A stretch of 64,000 nucleotides of DNA from Candidatus Bathyarchaeota archaeon (GTDB lineage: Archaea > Thermoproteota > CALKCG01 > B24): positions 2,076-66,075 of the forward strand of contig JAGHAZ010000027.1 of NCBI GenBank assembly GCA_021161255.1, given 5' to 3'. This document shows positions 9,720-18,618 of the stretch, piece after piece. The position numbers and the translations under genes are program-made. Each line of letters opens with the position of its first letter. Position 1 is the stretch's first letter. The notes under the pieces are model-generated. The model did not search any database. It saw only the letters and a program-made list of their open reading frames with translations, and was not told where the DNA came from.

Positions 9720-10868
9720 CTAATAGGGTTTAAATCTGGTCTCAACTTCCATGATCCTGTTTGTCCTAGAAGACTCTATGGATTTTATCATGATCTCGCT
9801 TACGTGAGCCCCCCAGTCTATGTTCGGGATCGGCTCCTCATCCCTGACGATACACTCTAGGAAGTGCTTGGTCGAAGCTGCGTAGTAGTTCCACCACCGT
9901 CCTCCAACGCTGTTCCAGTCGACTTTAACCCAGCCTCTACCGGAGGCTATGTCTTTGTAGGCTAAGGCATAGGCTCCGCCTATGAACAGCCCGCCGTTAG
10001 AGCCGTAAACCTCTATGTCTGGGAGTTCACCGATGTCATCTCTAACCCCATCTGGGGTCACGAAGTTTGCTACTACCACTCCTAAGCCTCCTGTCTCCAT
10101 CTCCATCAGGGTCAACGTGTTGTCTTCAGCCTCCACCTTTATCTTCAAGGTTCTAGGCGCCTTATCGAGCGCGTCCCAGACGATTCTGTAGGGGGACTTA
10201 GATAAGTAGTCCGTAAACCACTCCGGTGGTACGATGTTTATCTCCGGTATTGAAATCTTCGCCAATCCTGCGACTCTTCTTACAGGTCCTAGCAGAAATG
10301 TTAGGGTTGAGATCTCGTACACGCCAAGGTCGAACAGAGGACCCCCCGCCTCCTTAGAGAAGAACGTCTTCGCACCCCAGACAGGTGGTCCTCGACCGAG
10401 GCCTGCTCTAAACCAGTATACCTCGCCTAGGCTCTTTAAAACTTCTTTAGCTTTAAGGTATACCGGGAACATCTGCACCCCTGGTTCAACGAGTGCTTTA
10501 ACACCAGCTTTCTTAACGGCGTCTACGGCTTTTTTAAGATCATCCATGTTCGTGGCTAAAGGCTTCTGAACGAGTATATGCTTACCCGCCTCGGCGGCTT
10601 CTATGACCTGTTTAGCGTGATCGCCCATACCGGTCAATATGAAAACGGCTTCGATATCGGATTTTCTAAGCATCTCTTCAAGGCTTCTGTAGTATTCCTT
10701 GGCACCCCACAGTTTCGCAGACCTTTCAGCCCGTTTCTCTATCAAGTCGCATACCGCTACAAGTTCACCATACTCTCTAATGGCTGGAAGGTAAGCGTTG
10801 TTAGCTACCACGCCGCAGCCCACCACACCGCATTTAACTTTCCGAAAAACCATAACGGTAGCCTCCAC
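9720..10868 (-). CDS. Gfo/Idh/MocA-family NAD(P)-dependent sugar oxidoreductase
   Basis: N-terminal Rossmann motif VKCGVVGCGVVANNAYLPAI...LVAVCD, plus ...EAVFILTGMGDHAKQVIEAAEAGKHILVQKPLA. The likely true start is the internal MVFRK... (~10853). Confidence 0.8.
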   Translation of the reverse strand: MEATVMVFRKVKCGVVGCGVVANNAYLPAIREYGELVAVCDLIEKRAERSAKLWGAKEYYRSLEEMLRKSDIEAVFILTGMGDHAKQVIEAAEAGKHILVQKPLATNMDDLKKAVDAVKKAGVKALVEPGVQMFPVYLKAKEVLKSLGEVYWFRAGLGRGPPVWGAKTFFSKEAGGPLFDLGVYEISTLTFLLGPVRRVAGLAKISIPEINIVPPEWFTDYLSKSPYRIVWDALDKAPRTLKIKVEAEDNTLTLMEMETGGLGVVVANFVTPDGVRDDIGELPDIEVYGSNGGLFIGGAYALAYKDIASGRGWVKVDWNSVGGRWWNYYAASTKHFLECIVRDEEPIPNIDWGAHVSEIMIKSIESSRTNRIMEVETRFKPY

Positions 10869-10989
10869 TATGAATACGCATATCAGAACCAGCGTCTTAT
10901 AAGATTATCCAAAAAATCGAGATCCGGTGGACATTTCTTCCCGGAAAGAATTATAAAGTCTCCGGGTAGAAATTACATGGGGGTTTTCT

Positions 10990-12960
10990 ATGGGAGAGGA
11001 AAGAGTCGAACGTTTTCCGATAGCGTTAGTGATTCTAGTGCCTTTGGTTCTAGGGTTTTTAGGACCGATCTGGCAGTTACTTATCAGTAGCTTCCCATAT
11101 TGGATCGTGAACTCTCTGGGCGAGTCTGTCTGTCACATAGGGCTGACAACTGCGCCTTTTCTAGTACTTCTGCTGACAGCGCCGATCTACAGGATAAAGT
11201 CTTTAAGAGAACGTTTCGGCGTTAAGACGTTGGCGTACCTATACATAAGTTCTCTGGTGACTTCATATTTCATCAACTATCCATGGGCTTTAGGACAGCG
11301 CTACCTTTACTCGGTTAGGATCACGGAGAGGGAGCTTGCGGAGAGTATTGTACCTACGTTCATGTGTCCACCATATGACGTGGTGATACGTCTATCTACT
11401 GGCGGTCCGATAGACTGGGGTGCATGGGCGACTCCGATTGCATGGTTCTGGCTACACAATATAACCATGGGGATATTCATGCTGTCTGTAGCGACGTTGT
11501 TCAGAAGACTCTGGATAGACGTTGAAAGGGTTCCGTTCCCGCATGCATTAGTTGCATACGAACTGGCTAAAGGCAACGTTTCAGAGAGGGGTTGGAGTAA
11601 ATTCTTCATCATAGGAGTCATAATCGGTCTGGCTTTCCAGATCCCGGTAACACTCACAGGGATATTCCCATGGTTCCCGGATATTTATGGAGTTCAATAT
11701 CGAACTTGTCCTATGCTGACTAGATGGTTTGGCGGCGACGAGCCTATGGGTGCGATACCTGGTATGATGAGCATGACCTACAACCCGACAGCTGTAGCTG
11801 TAGCCTATCTAGCTCCATTGTCCGTACAGTTTAGCACATGGTTCTTCGCCGTGATGTATATGGTCGCCGTACAGATAGCATGGTACATGGGCTTCTACAC
11901 AGGCATAACAGACATCGGGACCTGTGGCCGATACTGGTGCTCTCCATCACCTACTACTGAGCCTCCGTTGAAATTCGGAGCTATCGCTGTAGGTGCTCTC
12001 GTAGCAATGGGTCTAATGCATCTAATACTTAACCGACATTATCTTTCCGAGGTCTTCAGAGCTGCTTCTAAAGGCTCAAGCGAGTTTAAAGATGAGGCTA
12101 TGAGCTACAGGACATGCTTGCTAATCATGGCTGTATCGGCTGTGGCGGCGATAGCTTTCTGGATGGGGTCTGGCCTATCTTTCATAGATGCCTTGTTCCT
12201 ACCTATAACGGCGTTCTGCATATGGTATCCGATGAATCGTCTCTTCGGACTCGCTGGAGCTTACTGGAGAAGTTCTGATAAAGGTCTAGTGTTCTTCAGG
12301 TTGCTCCATCCGATGTGTCACACGCCTGTAACGACTCAGGAGTACTTAATCTATAGAACCGCTGTCCAATCATGTTCGGATACACCGACCTATCCTTGGG
12401 GTGGCGCGGCGGTTTCGGCGTTCACGTCATATAAGTTTGCTAGTCTTGCTGGTCTAAGTGCCAGGAACACGTTTAAGACGCTGCTTGCAGCTCTGCTGAT
12501 AGCCCCGTTAGCGTCGCATATATCGTTCATATGGCTTCTCCATACGGTCGGTGGTGAGCATATAGGCATATGGTCGAGCTGGTTCTTAGGTATAGGTGAA
12601 CGACTTTCACGGATACCTGACTGGTGGTCTGCCACTCCGGCTCGTGAGCCTTGGGTCGAATATGCAATCATAGGTGCTCTGCTGATGATTGTTTTAAGCT
12701 GGCTTCACGCGAGGTTTGTATGGTTCCCGCTTGAACCCATAGGCTATATACTAGGTACAACCGCTGCCTCGGCTCTATTCGGACTATGGTCGGCCTTCCT
12801 CGTGGCTTGGATCTTAAAGATGATAACTCTCAGAGTCGGTGGGGCTAAGCTCTACGAGGGCTATGGGGTCCCTGTGGCATCAGGAGCAACCGTAGGCTGT
12901 ATGATAGGGATGATCTTCGGCGGTGTACTATGGATCATAAGGTTCTTCGTACCGTTTTAA
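10990..12960 (+). CDS. Polytopic membrane protein, unknown family (WIDVERVPFPH motif; ...ITLRVGGAKLYEGYGVPVASG...RFFVPF); paralog of 4357..6444
   Basis: 656-aa ORF. Shared motifs and a conserved 3' UTR (cccaatttttt ... ggaat(a/t)cctttat) are listed under 4357..6444. Confidence 0.65.
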   Translation: MGEERVERFPIALVILVPLVLGFLGPIWQLLISSFPYWIVNSLGESVCHIGLTTAPFLVLLLTAPIYRIKSLRERFGVKTLAYLYISSLVTSYFINYPWALGQRYLYSVRITERELAESIVPTFMCPPYDVVIRLSTGGPIDWGAWATPIAWFWLHNITMGIFMLSVATLFRRLWIDVERVPFPHALVAYELAKGNVSERGWSKFFIIGVIIGLAFQIPVTLTGIFPWFPDIYGVQYRTCPMLTRWFGGDEPMGAIPGMMSMTYNPTAVAVAYLAPLSVQFSTWFFAVMYMVAVQIAWYMGFYTGITDIGTCGRYWCSPSPTTEPPLKFGAIAVGALVAMGLMHLILNRHYLSEVFRAASKGSSEFKDEAMSYRTCLLIMAVSAVAAIAFWMGSGLSFIDALFLPITAFCIWYPMNRLFGLAGAYWRSSDKGLVFFRLLHPMCHTPVTTQEYLIYRTAVQSCSDTPTYPWGGAAVSAFTSYKFASLAGLSARNTFKTLLAALLIAPLASHISFIWLLHTVGGEHIGIWSSWFLGIGERLSRIPDWWSATPAREPWVEYAIIGALLMIVLSWLHARFVWFPLEPIGYILGTTAASALFGLWSAFLVAWILKMITLRVGGAKLYEGYGVPVASGATVGCMIGMIFGGVLWIIRFFVPF

Positions 12961-13038
12961 ACGACATTCCCAATTTTTTCCCATCGTGGAATACCTTTAT
13001 AAGCATCTAAAAAGTTCCTCTACAATTCGGGATTATTT

Positions 13039-13806
13039 TTGAGGCTCAAGACCGTCGTCTTTGTACTCCTGATAATATCGTTTTTCTTAGTCGAGGTTTT
13101 CAGCTTCTCTTCGGCCAGTTTCTCTCAGCCTGATTGGATCCGGTCGGGTGTCTACGTCGAGTATGGTTGCAACGTGACTGTTTATAAAGGGGCGCCTTAT
13201 GCTCCGAGTTCTGGAACTTTTAGATGGACCATAGTGAACGTGACTGACGATAAGATTTATGTGCGTTATGAGATGAAAATCGAGGATCTCTTGCTCGAGA
13301 AAACCTTTGTGATAGACGCAGAGACCAATAGGATACTATCGATAGACGGGGAATCTGTGGGAAACATTACAAACTATCTCTGGATCAGCTACATTCCGAG
13401 GGTCGGAGACTTTATCCAGCTTGAAAATCTCACCGCTGAAGTCGTGGATCTGAGGAAGTTTTCTTCAAGACTATTCACGAACCGGACATGCTGGGTTACT
13501 AATGCGACTTTCAGCATAGCTGATGTTAACGCAGGAGATTTGAAAAACGCTACCATGGAGGGTTTCATAGAGAGAATATATGATTCTGAGACCGGTATAC
13601 TCGTGTATTCGCGTTTTCTCATAGAGTTTAAAGAGCCTGATGGTAAGGTTTCTCAAAGCTACTTTTCTAGAATGATAATCTCTTCGACGAATGTGACAGA
13701 ACTTGGTAGTCGACGGCCAGCTTCTATCCCCATGGCTGTTGCGGCGGCCTCTATAGTAGCGGTCCTTGTATTGGCTAGAAGAATCCTCCGTATAAGACTA
13801 GCTTGA
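13039..13806 (+). CDS. Secreted, heavily N-glycosylation-sequon-bearing protein with C-terminal TM anchor
   Basis: Signal-like N-terminus (VVFVLLIISFFLVEVFSFSSA). It has 8 N-x-S/T sequons (NVT, NVT, NIT, NLT, NRT, NAT, NAT, NVT). The C-terminal anchor is PMAVAAASIVAVLVLARRILRIR. The architecture and position mirror 6531..7124. Confidence 0.5.
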   Translation: MRLKTVVFVLLIISFFLVEVFSFSSASFSQPDWIRSGVYVEYGCNVTVYKGAPYAPSSGTFRWTIVNVTDDKIYVRYEMKIEDLLLEKTFVIDAETNRILSIDGESVGNITNYLWISYIPRVGDFIQLENLTAEVVDLRKFSSRLFTNRTCWVTNATFSIADVNAGDLKNATMEGFIERIYDSETGILVYSRFLIEFKEPDGKVSQSYFSRMIISSTNVTELGSRRPASIPMAVAAASIVAVLVLARRILRIRLA

Positions 13807-14665
13807 TTATTGCATCTACTGCTGCTGGCGCCAAGCCTGCTACTAGGGCTTTCTTCTTCTGCATACGACAGAGTATGTAAAGTGCTACGGAGCATATCAG
13901 GTAGCTCCAGATCGAGAACGAGTATCCGATGTTGAAGAGAACTTGCGGTATGGTGCGTTTCTCCCACTCAGCTTTGTATGTATTTGTCATGGCGTCGGCT
14001 ATTTCGATGTTTTTCATATTCATCAACACGAGTGTTATGGAGGATGAAAGCATGACGACGGCTGTATCGACGGCTACGACGACCGTTAGCGGAGGGACTA
14101 CAAAGAGTATCATCGCCGCTTCGATGATTTTGCCTATTATGTAGACGCTTATGGAGTAGATAGTTGCCATGAGGATCGTCGTGAATCGTCTTTCTGCTTT
14201 GAAAAGCCATGCCATTAAATAGTATATTGCTGTGTTTCTGAGGATGAAATAGCCGTAGTTTACTAGAGACATGACTGCTAAACGTATTGCGGTTGTGTAG
14301 TCCATCAGTGATGGGTTGAGGGGCTCTAGAAGGTCGGGCTTTTTGAGAATATAGAGGTCTGTCTTGAAGAGTATGAAAAGCTGTCTATTGATCAGGTCCA
14401 TCGCTATTAGTATTACGAGTATCGCTATAGGGCCTCCTATATCTGGGTTTTCGGCTATTTCTCTAAACGCTTTAAACGGGTTGGCTATAACAAGTCCTAT
14501 TCTTCTGGAGAACTCTCTAAGCCATAAAGCTGCGTATTTGAGAGCTGATTTTAGCCAGCCTAGGATTGCCGAGACCACGGCTTGTAGTGTTTGTAGTTTT
14601 CCACGTCGTCTTTTTCGTCTCCTGGGTTTTCTTCTTCGTCTTGTTTTGGGCTTGGACTTTTCCAA
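13775..14665 (-). CDS. Polytopic membrane protein with polybasic N-terminus (KPKTRRRRKPRRRKRRRGK); possibly Yip1-like, unassigned
   Basis: 296-aa ORF with 5-6 predicted TM segments. It converges on, and overlaps by ~30 nt, the end of 13039..13806. Confidence 0.4.
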   Translation of the reverse strand: MEKSKPKTRRRRKPRRRKRRRGKLQTLQAVVSAILGWLKSALKYAALWLREFSRRIGLVIANPFKAFREIAENPDIGGPIAILVILIAMDLINRQLFILFKTDLYILKKPDLLEPLNPSLMDYTTAIRLAVMSLVNYGYFILRNTAIYYLMAWLFKAERRFTTILMATIYSISVYIIGKIIEAAMILFVVPPLTVVVAVDTAVVMLSSSITLVLMNMKNIEIADAMTNTYKAEWEKRTIPQVLFNIGYSFSIWSYLICSVALYILCRMQKKKALVAGLAPAAVDAIIKLVLYGGFF

Positions 14666-14977
14666 TTTTTATGCATCTCCAGCTTCGTTAAGCTAGACTT
14701 CTAGACGCTTTAGATAGAGGTGACATTTAATATATGTTTTCCACACCTCCTCCTGCCGATGTCTATAGAAAGGGGTTAGTATTGGGGGTTAAATTGTGGA
14801 AACCGGTGTGGTTGGGTGTTTATTATCTGAACGATGGATGGAGGATCTGCGTCTTCTTCTAAAGAAACTTGGGTGGTTGAGCTTGTGAGAAACGGATTGT
14901 TGGGAAGTTGGGTTTTGTAGAAAACTTAAAAAGCGATTGTGTAAGGTTAGTAGTATAGAGCTTGGAGGGGGTCGGAA

Positions 14978-17900
14978 TTGAACGCTAACTCCTTTAAAGT
15001 TATTTTAACTGTTTTAGCAGTTCTGTTATTGATTCCTGTTTCTACTTTAACTGTTGCTCAAGAATCCATCAAAGATGTGAAATGTACATTGATACTGTAT
15101 ATTATGAATTATGTGACGAGTTCTCCAGAACCTAGGATTAATGTGTCGGTTGTCTTAACTAACGTGACTTTAAGCGGTGTTACCGATGAATTTGGTTGCG
15201 TAAAGTCTTCTTTCAACGCGTCTAAAGATGCGATTAATAATCTAGTGTTAAATGAGTTATCGTTGTATGGGAACTTCACTGTGATAAGGATTCAGGATTA
15301 TTTGATGGAGGATCTCCAATATGATTCGTCTTACTCTGAATCTACTGTAACATACACTGGCTTGGCTATAAGGCCGAGAGTTGTGGAGAGTAGGAATGAG
15401 GTTCTTCTGTATTATTATGTGTACGTGTTGAAAGGTAGGGTTGTGAACGTGAGCGATTTGGACGTTTCTACCATGCAGATCCTTTCAAACGGTGAATTAC
15501 GTATTAGGCGAAGAAAGCTCATTTTAGACGCTAGACCGGCTGTTCCTATAGATAGGTCTGTTAGCATGTATGAGAGCTTGTATCTATTCCCCTTGAATTA
15601 CACGGTAGATGTGAAGGTAAAGGTTTATCGTTACAGGTACTTGATTAGAGAGTATTCTGTTAAAGCACTTGTAACTGGTAATAGAACCTATGTCAACATT
15701 ATGGGTCCGATTCTAGATATTAAGATTAACGAGACGTTAAAGCCTTTTGAGGAGAAGATCGCTACTCTTAAGTTTTTAGGTTTGCCTATGATCGATGAAG
15801 AAAGGCTCCTTATAAGAATTAATAATCAGAAAGACAGTATTCTGAGGTTGATCGAAAATAGGAGCTATGACCCTGCATTTGCCCAATTAAGATTCTTAGC
15901 TAAGAAGGTCGCTGAATTAGAGAGTAATCTATCTAACCTGGATGCCTCTTTAGCGTGGTCTTCTATATTGGTTATGGCGTTCATCTATGCTTTTTCATCA
16001 CTTTTACCTACTTTGATGACGGATGATGCCAAGAGGAAGCTTATTCTAAAATTTGCTATATATTTCTCTTTGTTCTTAATTTTCCTATACAGTCATAACG
16101 AGTTTAAGATCGCATTGTCGATTATCTCATCGAATATTCTACTGACCAATATCAAATATCTTGACGATTTCACGGTATTGCTTATGGGTGTGACCGTTGG
16201 AAGTTTAGGAGTTTTGATACCGACCTTGATATCGCTGTATTCTCCTCCGGTAGTAAGCTTAAGTCTAGATTTAAGCATAAGGGACCTTAAACGTCATTTT
16301 TCAAGGTCTCTTCTTACGATTCTCGCGTTCTCCCTTATAATAGCGTCGACGTTGGCTGTTTTTAAGATGTCCTATAGCCATATGCTCTCTGAAACGGAGA
16401 CGCAAGCTCATTTCAAACGCGACGTCGTGTGTCTACAATCCACGACCAACAATATAATCGTTAAGGAAAATCTAATATTCCTGAAGTCTATGCACTGGAT
16501 TAACTCATCTTATCTCTTTAAATCGTTATATGGTGATATTTCATTGGATAGTATCTCAGGTTTCACAGCCGTAAGAATAATTTCGCAGGACTACGGTATG
16601 CTTGACCAAAGGTTCGAGATCTTAGGAGTCGACCCAGAGTTTCTCGATGAGTACTTCAACTTCTCTCTAACGATAACCAAAGGCGGATACCTCTCTGGAA
16701 GCGAGAGGGCTGTTCTCGTACCTGCTTCGTTAGAGTATTATCTAAGACCTTTGGATAGAGTTAGGATACGCTTTGTGATCGTAAGCGCGACCGGACAGCA
16801 ACTTGTAGATGTTGCTGAATACGATTTCGGTGAGTTTATAGTTAAAGGGTTCTTCGACCCCGACTCTGTAGACAAAATAACCCTTCCTGATGGGTCTCCG
16901 TTAATAGATACTCCGTATAAGACGATTATAGTCCCCGGGGATCTTCTGCCAGATTCGATAGATGCGCGGCACTTGACGATAACGATTCCTAGGCTTAGGA
17001 ATGTCGTGTCCTTCCAAGGACCAACATACATAAACATACTCAAAGTCCGATATGCGTTCCTACTACCCGACCCCCGTAGCGGAGTCGACGTTTACGAGAA
17101 AGCTAGGGAGCTTATGGACCTGACGGGCTTCCGGGCGTTCGGCTTCTCAAACGGAGTCTGTAAAACCTATGAGGAGCTGTATGTCCTAAACATCGTAGGT
17201 TTTTCATCGATCGTGCCTCCTATCGTGATAGTGACGCTTATAATCGTACTTGTCATGAACTCCGTCATCTATGAGCGTCGTAAGGAGATATGGACCCTAG
17301 CCGTTTTAGGCGGTAACCCACGTAATATCACTAACATGTTTCTCACCGAAGCCTTGATCACAGGGATTCTATCGACGACTATAGGGTATCTATGTTATAC
17401 AGCCGTCTACCTGTCCTCAAGGGTGTTGATACCTATCATACAGAGCTTGAACCCTGAGATGGTTAAGCTTTTCACGGAGATGAAGTCTACATCAGGCTTC
17501 GACCTTTCCTCTATTCTCATAGTGTTGTTCATGGGCTTGGCTGTCCCGGTGGTCGGTAGCTATATACCCTGCATAAAGGCCCACGGTTTAACCCTACTCG
17601 GTAGACCTCCCAAGAGGAACATAGGGGAAGACGTACGAACGAGAGGAGAGCTAGCTGAGTATCATCTTCCGATCAGGGCCACGCCGTTCGACGGAGAGAT
17701 GCTCTACAATTATCTGAAAGACAACTTCCTTACGAAAACTTTCCAGGTTAAGAAGCTCTCTGGAAATGCTTATCAGGATGGGACCTTCGACTTCAAGTTT
17801 ACGCTACAGTTTAGGAACGTGCTTACTGAGTGTAGTTTAAAGGGTATCAGGCGGGGAGATACGATATATCCTGTTTTAACGTTCCCTGCGAAGTTTATCG

Positions 17901-18577
17901 ACGCTATGGACCTACACAAGTTCATATATGACCTCGAGAAGGTTTCCCTCGGATACCCATCGTGGAGGGAGAAAAACATGCGGCTTGAGATAACTAGGGT
18001 TAAACCTGTTACTAGGGTTAGAACAGTGGACGACGTTTTACGCGATGTTAGAGTGGTTCGTGAACAGCTCCGCGTCGTCGACAGCAAGCTCAAAACTCTA
18101 GAAAAACTCAAAGCTACGACACCGTCGGAATTGTTGACCGAATACGAGAAGAAATACCTCGCTCAGGCTGAAAGGCTTAACCGTACTATACGTCGTCTCG
18201 GTTTGGAACTCGAGCCGTTCTATGAGGAACTTAATAAGGAGTCTCAGAAGTTAAGCACCGAAATAGACCGGCTGAATATAGCCTATAAGCTTGGAGAGAT
18301 ATCCGAAGAAGAATACAGGTCTTCTGTAGAGCCTCTGAAGAATAGGCTTAGCGAGGTTCAGAAGAAGCTTAACGATATAAAGTTCGTGCTGACTCAGCTT
18401 AAGATGCCGAGGGCAAAGCTTACGAGGATAAGGTTGCCGGCACGGAGGATCGCACGGAGAAAGAGGGTCGAGGAGACCCCAGGCCTTATGTACTGTCCAT
18501 ACTGTGGAAGCACGAACCTAATAAAAACTCCAAGCGGCTCGATAATATGCGGGAGATGCCGTAGAAGACTACGTTAA
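14978..18577 (+). CDS. Giant (1199 aa) surface/membrane protein: signal peptide, ~320-aa extracellular domain, TM cluster, MacB-like periplasmic-type domain, FtsX permease domain, cytoplasmic coiled-coil, C-terminal C4 zinc ribbon
   Basis: TTG start. FtsX motif ...IVLVMNSVIYERRKEIWTLAVLGGNPRNITNMFLTEALITGILSTTIGY.... Heptad-rich segment ...LRVVDSKLKTLEKLKATTPSELLTEYEKKYLAQAERLNRTIRRLGLELEPFYEELNKESQKLSTEIDRLNIAYKLGEISEEEYRSSVEPLKNRLSEVQKKLNDIKFVLTQLK. The protein ends with CPYCGSTNLIKTPSGSIICGRCRRRL. Confidence 0.65.
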   Translation: MNANSFKVILTVLAVLLLIPVSTLTVAQESIKDVKCTLILYIMNYVTSSPEPRINVSVVLTNVTLSGVTDEFGCVKSSFNASKDAINNLVLNELSLYGNFTVIRIQDYLMEDLQYDSSYSESTVTYTGLAIRPRVVESRNEVLLYYYVYVLKGRVVNVSDLDVSTMQILSNGELRIRRRKLILDARPAVPIDRSVSMYESLYLFPLNYTVDVKVKVYRYRYLIREYSVKALVTGNRTYVNIMGPILDIKINETLKPFEEKIATLKFLGLPMIDEERLLIRINNQKDSILRLIENRSYDPAFAQLRFLAKKVAELESNLSNLDASLAWSSILVMAFIYAFSSLLPTLMTDDAKRKLILKFAIYFSLFLIFLYSHNEFKIALSIISSNILLTNIKYLDDFTVLLMGVTVGSLGVLIPTLISLYSPPVVSLSLDLSIRDLKRHFSRSLLTILAFSLIIASTLAVFKMSYSHMLSETETQAHFKRDVVCLQSTTNNIIVKENLIFLKSMHWINSSYLFKSLYGDISLDSISGFTAVRIISQDYGMLDQRFEILGVDPEFLDEYFNFSLTITKGGYLSGSERAVLVPASLEYYLRPLDRVRIRFVIVSATGQQLVDVAEYDFGEFIVKGFFDPDSVDKITLPDGSPLIDTPYKTIIVPGDLLPDSIDARHLTITIPRLRNVVSFQGPTYINILKVRYAFLLPDPRSGVDVYEKARELMDLTGFRAFGFSNGVCKTYEELYVLNIVGFSSIVPPIVIVTLIIVLVMNSVIYERRKEIWTLAVLGGNPRNITNMFLTEALITGILSTTIGYLCYTAVYLSSRVLIPIIQSLNPEMVKLFTEMKSTSGFDLSSILIVLFMGLAVPVVGSYIPCIKAHGLTLLGRPPKRNIGEDVRTRGELAEYHLPIRATPFDGEMLYNYLKDNFLTKTFQVKKLSGNAYQDGTFDFKFTLQFRNVLTECSLKGIRRGDTIYPVLTFPAKFIDAMDLHKFIYDLEKVSLGYPSWREKNMRLEITRVKPVTRVRTVDDVLRDVRVVREQLRVVDSKLKTLEKLKATTPSELLTEYEKKYLAQAERLNRTIRRLGLELEPFYEELNKESQKLSTEIDRLNIAYKLGEISEEEYRSSVEPLKNRLSEVQKKLNDIKFVLTQLKMPRAKLTRIRLPARRIARRKRVEETPGLMYCPYCGSTNLIKTPSGSIICGRCRRRLR

Positions 18578-18618
18578 AAAAGGAAATTAAATTTGAGAAA
18601 TTCATGAAAATGACATTT

